A DNA stretch of 63,263 bases, the filler included, from Stramenopiles sp. TOSAG23-6 (taxonomy: Eukaryota), in NCBI GenBank assembly GCA_900128565.1. It is 5 parts of 5 records of this genome, joined end to end, with 100 filler letters (N's around TTAATTAATTAA, not from the genome) between each part and the next. Parts side by side here need not be neighbours in the genome. Positions count along the whole stretch, not along the records: positions 12,723 to 25,332 come from LT636198.1; positions 25,433 to 38,027 come from LT636199.1; 3 more parts are not named here. One strand, written 5' to 3'. The number at the start of each line of letters is the position of its first letter. Position 1 is the stretch's first letter. Made by a program: the position numbers and the translations under genes. The notes under the pieces are model-generated. The model was not told the DNA's origin, searched no databases, and saw only the letters and a list, made by a program, of their open reading frames with translations. This document shows, piece by piece, positions 23,709-34,594 of the stretch.

Positions 23709-24813
23709 ATGTTTTCTTCAAAGTGGATGTTTCTACTAGTTATATCGCTATTGAAAATTTCAGTAGAGAGTGCACAAGCTTCCACCAGAAGACCAAATGG
23801 CATCCAAGAGGTTTTAAATGAAATTGAAAAAAAAAGTACATACGCGGGCAAAAGGCATTTTTATCGAAATTTATCACTAAATTTACAGAGTAATCACGAG
23901 GTGATCTTTGCGACAATGACAGGTAATTTCGGTCTTATATTAGAAGTACCAAATCATTTATTAATACGCAGATCTTTTGCAATTGGCGCAGCAAAACAAC
24001 ATGGGCGGACGCTTCAATTTTTGAGGGATTTTCAGGGTGATAAAGATGTTGTGGAAAAGGCAGTGCAGAATCATATATTTTCTATCTTGTCAATACTATA
24101 CTACCAAAACATATATATTTTTTGACTGACTTTTTATTTGTTTTATAATTGACATATTTTATATTTCATTTGGCTTAGCACTTGAATATGCGTCAGAGAA
24201 GCTTCGCGATACGGAGAGTATTGTGAATCTTGCTATAGAGGATAACGCATTAGCTATTACGTATGCCTCGAAACGCTTACGGTTTGATACAGTGACTGTA
24301 TTGAAGGCCATTCAAAATTTTCCCGGGTATTATATATTAGATCATATTACTGAAGAACTATTGTCAACACCAATAATTTTATTCACTGCGTTACAACATA
24401 ATGTGCCAACACATAGACAATCACCTATACATTTTTCTCCGTTTGAGTATTTAAACTCAAGAACAAAACCTTTATTCGAGCTCCTAGATATCAAAGAATC
24501 TTTCGATGAAACTGAAACATTGAAATATCAGAATGAGCAAGTTTTTCTTGCTCTTGTCAACAAAATGTCTAAAAGAGCTACACAGCTATTGGATTTATAC
24601 AAAACATACAACAAAGTAGAATCAATGAAAGTTTTGAGAAACAGACGAGCAAAGTCCCGTCTCGCGTTTGCTCAACTCGATATGAATAAAATGATGGATT
24701 CTTCCTCTCCTCGAGCTTCAGATTTTATGTCAAAGGTCGGTTCTTTTATTATACTACACGTAAATCGCAAATACGAAATGTCAACACTAAAGTTTTTAGC
24801 AGAAAATTATTGA
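23709..24813 (+). CDS. DUF4116-like repeat protein with signal peptide; exons 23709-24074, 24172-24813
   Basis: Repeats AAKQHGRTLQF / AVQNH|GLALEYAS / AIEDNALAITYAS. Confidence 0.7.
24075..24171 (+). other. Highly degenerate non-canonical intron (AT-TT or nearby register), 97 nt
   Basis: Needed to complete the repeat unit. CTGAC lies ~42 nt before the 3' end. Confidence 0.55.
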
Positions 24814-24851
24814 AAATGATATGCATTTCCTACAAAATAAATAATTTTATT

Positions 24852-25274
24852 TTACAAATTCAATGAATTAAAATGTCCGATTTCTGCTCCCTTTACACCA
24901 ATGTTATCCACTTTGTACAATCCTCCAGCTCCAGGATGAGAGACACTTAATTCATCGCCATCCGTCCAGTATTCTCTAGCTGTGGTGATATACAGATCAT
25001 GTATTTTGGAAAAATATTTCAAAAAAAAAAAATAATTTTTGTTAGGTACAAAATTTCGTACGAAAAATTCAATTTCAAATTTAAAAAAAAAATAAAACAT
25101 ACATTTAGAGACGGTCCCCCGAATGCAAGTAATGTGAAAAATATTTTTTTTTTAGTCAAAAACAATTCATTAGGTACAAAATTTTCATAGTAAAAAAAAA
25201 ATTGAAATGAAAAAGAAGAACGTACAACGGCGGTGGTTTGAGGCCCAGCTTCGACAGGCAATTCAACAACACTT
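24852..25274 (-). CDS. SMP-30/gluconolactonase family, 3' part; exons 25274-25226, 25126-25103, 24998-24852
   Basis: Spliced product VVELP..QTTAVAFGGPSLNDLYITTA..AGGLY. Confidence 0.88.
24999..25102 (-). mobile_element. Introner-family intron, GT-AT, 104 nt
   Basis: AAT|GTATGT...CAAAATACAT|GAT. Confidence 0.88.
25127..25225 (-). mobile_element. Introner-family intron, GT-TT, 99 nt
   Basis: GTT|GTACGT...CACATTACTT|GCA. TT is duplicated at both ends. Confidence 0.85.
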
Positions 25275-25332
25275 AAGTATTTTGGAAAAATATTTGAAAA
25301 AAAAAACGTTAGGTACAAAATTTCGTACGAAA
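25275..25332 (-). mobile_element. Introner-family intron, partial, ends in TT
   Basis: TTTCGTACGAAATTTTGTACCTAAC...CAAAATACTT|AAGT. The contig breaks inside it. Confidence 0.8.
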
Positions 25333-25432
25333 NNNNNNNNNNNNNNNNNNNNNNNNNNNNNNNNNNNNNNNNNNNNTTAATTAATTAANNNNNNNNNNNN
25401 NNNNNNNNNNNNNNNNNNNNNNNNNNNNNNNN
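25333..25432. other. Artificial contig linker
   Basis: N44-TTAATTAATTAA-N44. Confidence 0.98.
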
Positions 25433-25434
25433 CA

Positions 25435-26446
25435 GGTTTGCCTCATTATGGACATATTCTTGCTGGAACTATTAAAGATACTGTGACTCGGTACGCTCAC
25501 CAGACAGGTCACCATGTCAGTCGTCGTTTCGGTTGGGATTGCCACGGTTTACCTGTTGAACACGAGATTGACAAAAAGCTCGGTATTACTGGTCGTGACG
25601 ATGTCTTGAAAATGGGAATTGATAAGTACAATGCGGAATGTCGCTCTATTGTTTCCAGATACACTTCACAATGGGAACAAGTTATTACGCGCTTGGGTCG
25701 TTGGATTGACTTCAAAAATGACTATAAAACATTAGAGCCATGGTTCATGGAGTCTGTTTGGTGGGTCTTTAAACAACTGTGGGAGAAAGGTCTTGTATAC
25801 CACAATCCTACTCTTACATATGTCCGTATTAAAGATATCAAAACAAACTCTATATGGATTTTAGGTAAAGATCGTTTGGTCCAAGTCTATCCTAAAATGT
25901 TGGATAAAAAAGGAAATCCGTCTAAAAAATTCAACGTGAAAGAACATTTCGAAATTATCAAAGAATACGTTGGTAAAGACTTAGAAGGTATTCGATATAA
26001 ACCATTATTTGATTATTACATATCACGTGCAGAAGCACCTCGAAATAATTTTCGTATTCTTGTCGATGATTACGTAACAAGTGAAAATGGTACTGGTGTT
26101 GTTCACCAAGCTCCAGCATTTGGTGAAGATGATTACCGTGTTTGTCAACAATTTGGAATTATTGATAAGATGGTGTTTGAAGACCTCCCCTGCCCAGTTG
26201 ATGCAAATGGACGTAGTGAAAGAAGCTGATAAACACATTTGTAAAGCACTGAAAGAAAAAAAACGCATGCTTATTCATTCATCGTTTACACATTCATATC
26301 CTTTCTGTTGGAGATCAGATACTCCTTTAATCTATAAAGCAGTGCCTTCTTGGTTTATTCACGTGTCTAATCCTGAAATCAAAGAAAAACTGTTGAGGAA
26401 TAATGACGTCACTTACTGGGTTCCTGAACGTGTGAAGACAAAGTAA
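25435..26446 (+). pseudogene. IARS1: Isoleucyl-tRNA synthetase fragment with internal deletions, frameshift and truncation (pseudogene or misassembly)
   Basis: PHYGH (HIGH motif), FGWDCHGLPVE, GTGVVHQAPAFGEDD, HSYPFCWRSDTPLIY. Lacks the WTTTPWT segment and the KMSKS half. Confidence 0.75.
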
Positions 26447-26534
26447 AAATTCTCAAACAAATTCTGATATTAAAAAAAAAAAAAATATTTTAAATGGACC
26501 TATTTTAAATTCTCATACAAATTGTTTCAGCAAT

Positions 26535-27271
26535 ATGGAAACAACACCAATTGAATTAGACAATAGCAAAGGTTGGCAGATTGTTGGTAAGAAAGTTGTA
26601 TCAGACCAATGTGTCACGAAATCAAAAAATAAAATCAAAAAAATGAATACAAGCAAAACAGTAAAAAAAACTACAGAAAAAAAAACAAAGATAAAACATG
26701 ATTTCACAAAAATGAATGAAAATTCCCACCAACAAAAGCAAACAACAAAAAAGAGTTTTTCTTCCTGTGTAAAGGACATTCCAGTGAATATAAAAATTGT
26801 AAATGGCCGATCAAATTGTAAAACAGAAATCCAAAAAATCAAAAAAATCAAAAAAATCAAAAATATCGAAAATATCGAAAATATCGAAAATATTCAAAAA
26901 TCAGGAGTAAATAATTTTAGTGTAGGGAAAAATATGACAACTTCAGCTTCCTTATTATCATATCTACAAGAGGAAATAGACAATCGCTCTGTCGCCATTG
27001 CTGCTGCAAAATTAACACCAGCAAATGTTTGTGGTGTTGGTTTAGAACAGTTGAGTGTAACACAAATGGATATGTTTGTTTTATTTTTTTTCAATTTCGA
27101 ATTTATTTTTCGTACGAAATTTTGTAGTTAGAATGGCTGCATATTGATTCCTTGAAACGTGTTAGTGCTCGCCGTATTAAAGCGGCTAAATTATTAGAAA
27201 GAATGAAAATTGAAGAAGCGATGTCAATTCGTCAAAATATAGCAAACTTACAAGGAAGTCGTAGTATTTAA
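26535..27271 (+). CDS. Hypothetical Lys-rich protein; exons 26535-~27073, ~27127-27271
   Basis: LEQLSVTQMDM continues as LEWLHIDSLKRV across a truncated family intron. Confidence 0.55.
27074..27126 (+). mobile_element. Truncated introner copy (3' half missing)
   Basis: AT|GTTTGT...TTTCGTACGAAATTTTGTA, then exon sequence resumes. Confidence 0.65.
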
Positions 27272-27331
27272 ATATATTTTAATCTTTTCAAAATAATATA
27301 TGTTATTTATTGTCATTTGATAAAAAATAAT

Positions 27332-29980
27332 TCATTCATAATCAACTTCGATACTATCATCATCATCGTCAGCTTCAGCATGACTCATGTCACTTTTTAC
27401 TATTACAGCAGGATTTTCGTTTTCCTCTTTAATTTCTGTGACGTTTGGTTTTGCATCTTTTGGTTTTGAATCATCATTATTACTGTCCGATACAACATTC
27501 GAATTACAATTTGATTCATCATTGTTATTTTTTACACTTTTTGTTTTTTTCCATTCAAGTAAAATGTTTTGACCACGAAACAAATTACCGAATTTCATTG
27601 CTTTTTCAGCTTCCCAACGATTTATATATTTCACATGAGCGACTCTGTCTTTAATCTCAACTTGAACCGTACCAAACGCACCAAAATGTTCTGCAATAAG
27701 TTCTTTACTAACATCAGTGTCAAAATTTGTCCATGTCATTTCCGTAGGTCGAAGATCCAAAGATTTGTATGACTTATAATTTCTCCCTCTTCCTCGACCT
27801 CCTCTTCCTCGGCCTCGGCCTCCTCTTCCCCTACCAGATAGTTCCCTTTTGGATGCCAGGGTTGAAGAAGCTACTGCATTTAATTCTTTAAGTGTTTCCA
27901 TTGAAACTTGGATTTCTTTCATTAAAGCTAATATTTCTTTTTTTGGAGCTTTTTTTGATGACATTTCAAAAAGAAGATTTTTTTGATCTTTTAATTTCTT
28001 TTGAATTTCAGATCTTTTTTTTGTCTGATCAGTATGAAGAGCGAGCTCTTTTTGTGCTCTGATAATATGTTTTGGTATTATTTTACTTTTTTGAGACTTT
28101 TCAGGTTGAAAGTCATCAGTTTGTGATTTGCTATTTTGGTTCATAATTCTAGCATTTCGTTTTTTATCTTTTTCTTGTTGTTCTTTCACTGCATATGTTG
28201 TGAATAAATATTAGCACAGTTTTAAAATTTGTTAAGTACAAAAAAAAGAAATTTGAATAATACATTTGAAATGAATGATGATGCAAATGTACATCTACAA
28301 ACATTAAAAAAAAACGGGTTTGTTTAGGTACAAAATTTCGTATGAAAAAAAACATACATGTTGTTTATCCATAGTATCTTGAACTTCAGCATTTGGTGCT
28401 TCGTCTAAATCACCAAGTTCTGTTTTAGCCCACGAAACCTATAGTATATAGCATATGCAAAATTGTATTTAAATGAATAAAAAAATGTCAACACAAAATG
28501 AAATATAATTGAACAATAGAAATATAATTGAACATAATTGAACAATAGAAATATAATTGAACAATAGAAATATAGAAATATAGAGCATCAGAGTTAGTAC
28601 ATTTTTCATAATGTTTCTTTTTTTTAAGATCACATTTGCTCAAATGACACGCACTATAGTTAAATCAGGGCTCTATTCATCAAAAGACAAATTCATAAAA
28701 ACAAATACAAATTCATAAAAACAAATTCATAAAAACAAATACAAAAAAATACAAAAAAATACAAAAAAATATTTGATGCTATAAACAAAACATACAGTAA
28801 TGAATCGATTATTGCATACCGATTGAGGTGACTTGAAGGCTCTTTCTGCCCCAGCACGAGACTCAAATTGAATGTATGCACACTTCGATTTTGGTTTCAT
28901 TTGGACATTAATGACATTACCAAATTTACCAAAATGAGCACATATTTTACCCATATTTACATACTTTGGGTCTACTTTTCTACATAGCAAAGTTGTTATA
29001 GTGTTTGAATTGGTTGAATATTGTTGATTATGAGATTTAGGATATGAGTCATTTCCAGTTCCATCACTTTCACGTCGCAAATTATTTCTATTATAATGCG
29101 TACTAGGGTTAGGGCTGTTAGAGTTCAAATCTCCACGTTTTGCAAAATTAGGTTTACGAAGGTCTTTTTCTCCATGAGCCCAGTTACAGCGATTCTCGAA
29201 TTTACAAGATCCTGTTCTTCTGTAATTATCACATAATTTTGTTTTGTAAAAAACTTCACCAGAAGGAGAAAGAGGAGTGTGTCGTCTGAAATCAACAGAT
29301 TGAGGAGAACTTCTGAATTCTCTGTTCGACTCTCTAAAACCACTAGAGTTAGGGTTAGGGTTCTCTCTATAACCACTAGAGTTAGGGTTAGGGTTCTCTC
29401 TATAACCACTAGAGTTTTGAGAATATCTGTTTGGTACATTTCTACCATCATTTTTGGGACATTGCTGCCAACCATTATCATTTCTATCATTCGTACGACG
29501 TCGTTTTGAGTCATGATATTGAATATCACTACCAGAAGGACGAGATTTGTTTCCCCAATCCACACGTCGTTTGTCCATCCTAGACCTCCTATGATATTCA
29601 TCACTCATTTCATTGTCATTTCTCCGCGTGCGCCGATAATGATGTTCATCCTCGTCATCACTAATATGTCTACTTCCCTGGCGTACTGGATGTCTCGTAT
29701 CCTGTACACGCGACGACGTTCCACCATTGACTCCATCAAAAAAAGCTCGAGTGTCCATCACATTGAATAGTAAGTCAACAAAAGATTCCACGTCTTTGTT
29801 TTCCATAAATGGTTTCATATTTACAACACAATGTTGCTTATGCTCAACAATCGGTAAATCCTTTTGTAAAAGTTTCAAAGTATATTCAGAAAGTACTTGA
29901 GTGTTTTCCACACCGATTACGTTTAATTGATACACCAACCACTTCAGCAATGGGTCTTCCCAATTCTTTTCGACCTTCAT
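27332..29980 (-). CDS. RBM26: RBM26/27-like RNA-binding protein (PWI, CCCH, 2 RRM); exons 29980-28796, 28438-28358, 28192-27332
   Basis: PWI-like N-terminus, YKTKLC..C..C.WAHG, RRM ending NNRFIT|VSW, RGG stretch and a second RRM. Confidence 0.85.
28193..28357 (-). mobile_element. Composite (double) introner intron, GT-AT, 165 nt
   Basis: CAT|GTATGT...two GTACYTAA cores...CACAACATAT|GCA. Confidence 0.65.
28439..28795 (-). other. Canonical GT-AG intron, 357 nt, containing simple repeats
   Basis: ACT|GTATGT...CTATAG|GTT. Restores NNRFITVSW. Confidence 0.85.
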
Positions 29981-30395
29981 TGAATAATCTTGGTATTACA
30001 CTATAACAAAATATGTAATCCTCTGCAAATAATCTCTGCCGCTAAAGATTGGACAATGAATCCACTTTCCTTTTTTCTAGTAAGAAGACAACGCGCACTC
30101 GAAAATACCCGAGTATTTTAATAAATGTGGAGAGGACGACGACTACTGGTGCACTACTGGTAGTAGACTGGTCACACGATCAAACCTGAGCTGACTGACA
30201 ATATATACACTACACGAAATCGGGAGCTTTCTAGGTACTACTTATCATCCATTCAGCTCTAAAACGATGCACGAATGTCTCACTAATCTTGCTTCAACTG
30301 AAATTACTAACAATTTGCTTCCATTTGTAAATTTGTTAATTGGTATGAAATTTTCAATGAAAAAAAAAATCTATAAAAAAAAAAAATGAAAAGTT

Positions 30396-32811
30396 TCAAC
30401 TATCATTTAATTTAATTCCTAGTCTATCTTTAGGCAAAAAAAGTATTGTAATGACACCTCCAAGTATATACATCATAGCAAATGTACTCATGGCTAAATC
30501 AGGATTATTCTTCATTAAATAACCGCCAATAGGAGGACCCAAAGCACCCAATAATCTTGAAGAACTGACTCCCAAGCCAGCAGCGGCAGCACGAATACTT
30601 GTAGGATACGCTTCGGCAGTAAAGACCATCATTGGAATCCACACCCATGTATTGTGAAAAAAAAAAATTATAAAAATTTGTTAGGTACAAAACTTCGTCC
30701 GAAAAAAAATTTAGAAATTCAAAGAATAAAACAATAAAAAAAAATGAAACATACATGTCCCAAATCCTTGGACGCTTCCTAATGAGATACAAATCTGTGG
30801 GAAATTATATCCAATGATAACACCAAATGTTGCAATTCCTGCACCAAAAAAGCCAATATAAACAAATATTTTTCTTCCCAATTTATCTATTCCAACAGCA
30901 CGTATTGTAAAAATATATTTCTTTTTTTTTTTGAAAAGATCGTTAGGTACAAAATTTCATATGAAAAAAGAATAAAAACTCCAATTCTGAAAACGTACAC
31001 ACGAAAGTGTAAATATTATATCTGCAATTTGACCTGATGCGCAAATGTAAGCTATATCTAATTGATTCAGTCCCTTCTGCTTTTCTAAATAAGTAGGCCC
31101 AAATGCTCTAACACCTACTGTCGGAAATCCCACTAAGCAAGTTATCAAAACAATTATTACTGTAATATATACATAGGGAGGTCGGTATGGAGTGTGAAAA
31201 AATATTCCTTTTCTTTTTAAATCGTTAGATACAAAATTTCGTATGAAAAAAAAAAGGTAAAAAATTCAATTTTGAAAACGTACACAATTGCACAGGAAAT
31301 GCTTTTCTCAGCCAATCAGTATTTTTACAAAACCAACGCATTTTCTTTGGTTGATGTTGGTGGCGGTGTTGGTGTTGGCGTTGATGGTGTTGGTGGTGGT
31401 GTTGATGGTGTTTGTGTTGATGGTGTTGATGGTGTTGGTGGTGCTGGTGGTGTTGGTGCAGGTGACTCGATTCTATTTCATGACTTTCGGTTGTATCATC
31501 ACTACTACTATTAATTGGTCCATTTTCTTGATTGTTTTTCTTTCTATGTCGTCTTCGCCTGAGAAGACTTGATTGTTCATTTGCTTGACTAGTAGATGTA
31601 TCTTGAACAAATATAATTCTTTTTAGTAAAAAAAATATGTTAGGTATGGAATTAGGTACAAAAAAAATTGAAATTTTGAAAAAAAATGTTAGGTATGGAA
31701 TTAGGTACAAAAAAAAATTGAAATTTTGAAAACGTACACATTTTATCTAGTGGTATTAAGTGTAGTTGACGAAGATCTTCCATTTCTTCAGGTGTTACAG
31801 GATTTCCATTCATTTTACGAATTGAAATAAGCGTTTTTATTGCTCTCTTTGTTTCTCCGGCGAATATTAAATAACGTGGAGATTCGGGTAAAAAGAACAT
31901 CATGTATTTTGGAAAAATATTTCAAAAAAAAAACACTAAAATTTGTTAGGTACAAAATTTCGTACGAAAAACTTTCGAATTTGAAAAAAAGTAAAACATA
32001 CATACAGACACATAAACTAAACGATGGAATTGAAGTGACTAAGACACAAACTCTCCAATTAGGCAACATATAATAACTAACCATGTTGGCTAAAAGTCCA
32101 CCAACTGGCCAACCTAAACGTGTCAAAACCATAATAGCTCCACGTGATTGAATAGGGAAAAATTCAGCAGACATGCTTAATCGAACAGGGCGTTGTAACC
32201 CAAAAGAAACTCCAACGATAAAACGTAAAATCATCAGCTCAAGCCAATCTCGTGCGAGTGCACACATACCTCCAAAAATAATAATGCCTAGAAAACCAGA
32301 ATATAAAAGTGGCAACCTTCCTATTCGATCACATGTGCTGGAAGACATATTTCAAACATTTGAAATTCGTTAGGTATGAAATTGTAGGATTTTCTATGAA
32401 AAAAAAATTTGAAATTTGTCATGGAAACGTACACACTGGGCCTGCAAGTAAAGAACTAAGTGCAATACCAACACATCCAGCTCCGATAATAAGTCCATTT
32501 GAAAATTCAGTTGTTCCGAGATCTTCTTCGAATCTGGTAAACAGAAAGGAATTTATTTCAAAGAAGAGACCATCGGATAGTGCGACGAGCGTAAAATATA
32601 CAAAGCAAAATACATGAAATATTCCAAATTCCATAGTTTCAAACTTGTCTTGAAAATCTCTCAATCGTTGAGTATTTTTTTCTCTCCCATGGAAAGAAAT
32701 GCTATCTGCTGATGTGTCTAATGAAGTTTCCATATCCTCGTCAGAGCTCTCTTCGGGTACGAAGCAAAAGTCACAGCAACATGAAATTCCCGAAAGCTTC
32801 TCGGCAAACAT
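30396..32811 (-). CDS. MFS transporter (SV2/SVOP-like), 7 exons: 32811-32433, 32332-32002, 31901-31738, 31595-31284, 31186-30999, 30899-30755, 30646-30396
   Basis: CDRIGR, LRFIVG, AEFFP..RG, LPESPRYL, IDKLGRK, TAEAYPT.IRA. All exon phases are consistent. Confidence 0.92.
30647..30754 (-). mobile_element. Introner-family intron, GT-AT, 108 nt
   Basis: ACAT|GTATGT...CACAATACAT|GG. Confidence 0.85.
30900..30998 (-). mobile_element. Introner-family intron, GT-GT, 99 nt
   Basis: TGT|GTACGT...TACAATACGT|GCT. GT is duplicated at both ends. Confidence 0.85.
31187..31283 (-). mobile_element. Introner-family intron, GT-AT, 97 nt
   Basis: TTGT|GTACGT...CACACTCCAT|AC, giving QLYRPPY. Confidence 0.75.
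31596..31737 (-). mobile_element. Introner-family intron with internal tandem duplication, GT-AT, 142 nt
   Basis: ATGT|GTACGT...(GTACCTAATTCCATACCTAAC)x2...CAAGATACAT|CT. Confidence 0.8.
31902..32001 (-). mobile_element. Introner-family intron, GT-AT, 100 nt
   Basis: AT|GTATGT...CAAAATACAT|G, giving MMFFLPESP. Confidence 0.88.
32333..32432 (-). mobile_element. Introner-family intron (diverged), GT-AT, 100 nt
   Basis: GTGT|GTACGT...CCAGCACAT|GT, giving GPVCDRIGR. Confidence 0.82.
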
Positions 32812-33124
32812 CTGATTCAGAAGGAACGAAAAACTACAATACGGATGAACTTTCGAATCGAAATTCTGCTAACGTCACAAGAAATAACGATGGATAATAA
32901 TTGTGACTACAATGGCTCCACTTTCTCCTTTAACACGCAATCATATACACACTGAACAACAAAATTTAAAAATTTATTTAGAATGATATGAATGAAAAAG
33001 TTGAAATGAAAAAAGGTTTCGTTCAGGGGACATTTTTGATGATTTTTGATTTTCTTCAACAAAAACTGAGACAAACCTGCTTGTAGGCTACATTTTTTTG
33101 ATTTTTCTCTTTTTGTTTGTTATA

Positions 33125-34377
33125 TTATTTTTTTAGTTTCATTTTTTCTTCGTTACAGCGTATAATAAAAGATAAAATATCAGCAGTAAATGCATCAAAT
33201 ACAAGTATGTTGAAAGATCTGTGAGAATGTTCAACAATATATTTCCCAATCTTTTGGTTTAATTCCTTCCGCTTTGTCAAAGCAACAATTCCTGGGGTTT
33301 TACCAAAACCCAAAGAAAAAATATTACGAATTTCTTCTGTCGTAATAATTTTACCATGCATTTGGAAATGTGCTGCTTGAAGACATATCTTATCATATGA
33401 TGGGTCTCTACTTATAGATTCTTCTTCAATACATTTTTTCAGTATTGTGAAAAAATATTTCAATAATTTGAAATTTGTTAGGTACGAAATTCCGTATGAA
33501 AAAAAAATGAATTTCAATAATTTGAAATTTGTTAGCCATAGAAATCTAGTATGAAAAAAAAAAGTCAAAATGGACAACGTACAACTTGTTCCCAACTACT
33601 TTGTTCTCTATTTCCATCGTAACGGCAATCAAAAACGTCTCTTACATGTATTTTGGAAAAATATTTCAAATTGTTTTTCGTTAGGTACAAAATTTCGTAC
33701 GAAAAAAAAAACTTCGAAATTGAAAAAAAATGAAAACGTACATGTATAAAACTGTAGTTCCCTAAATATTGATTTGAAACTAATCCAAGTTGCCACTTGT
33801 TCTGAATACATGTTTTAATATTTATGTTTGCTAAATTTTCTGAATTTGGAATAGCAATATCTGAAAATATTCGTATAGCATTCATAAAAGTTCTGGAGTC
33901 TAATTCAACTTCAATATCATCTTTTCGTGCAATACCAAATTCATCAAATTTAATTATGATAATTTCTAATGGATTTTCATGTAAGAAAGTCCGAATAACA
34001 TCAAATGCATCATATATTGTTGGATATGTGAACCAAACAACACCGTGATGAAATGTTGGTATTTGGTCTACAAGAGGTCGAAAGTCAAGATATCTTACTC
34101 CAGATTCTAAAAGTTCTTTCAATGAAAGCGACTGTGTAATTGACCAATTTAAGTATTTTCGTTGTAACCATCTTTGTTTTACTTCTTTTGTAAAACTATC
34201 ATGGACATTTTTTATATCCCATTCACCACTGATGCTATGATGAGTTCCTGGTAATACAATATCTTTCAGTTTTCTAGAGGTCCAAAGGGAACCAAATGTA
34301 TTGACCATTTCTTCCATCCATCTCTTTCCATTGTATGCACCTTTAGACTTTGGGATAGAATCATGATTTTTAGACAT
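33125..34377 (-). CDS. PI-PLC X-domain protein (PLCXD-like); exons 34377-33742, 33645-33583, 33439-33125
   Basis: LPGTHHS, WSITQ, GVRYLDFR, FLHENPLEIIII, C-terminal FNILVFD. Confidence 0.88.
33440..33582 (-). mobile_element. Introner-family intron with internal duplication, GT-TG, 143 nt
   Basis: GTT|GTACGT...CACAATACTG|AAA. Confidence 0.78.
33646..33741 (-). mobile_element. Introner-family intron, GT-AT, 96 nt (3n, stop-free)
   Basis: CAT|GTACGT...CAAAATACAT|GTA. Confidence 0.85.
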
Positions 34378-34594
34378 ATTTCATTTGGTTCAGACAGTGC
34401 CAATGTTCTACTTTCTTTGCGGATACATTATAATGGATTATTGAAAAATACTATTGTGGTAAAGTTTGATACTACCATACTTGTACCAAACTTGTGTAAA
34501 CTCATAATTTTAGGAGCCGCAGTTTTTTGTCCGTTAAAAAAATAATCTCAATGTTGTAGTACATACCCAATTAAAGAAGACAAAGAATAACGTT

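Noticed and set aside
31330-31460. His/Gln tract in the MFS central loop
   Set aside because: Ordinary trinucleotide expansion with no evidence of special function.
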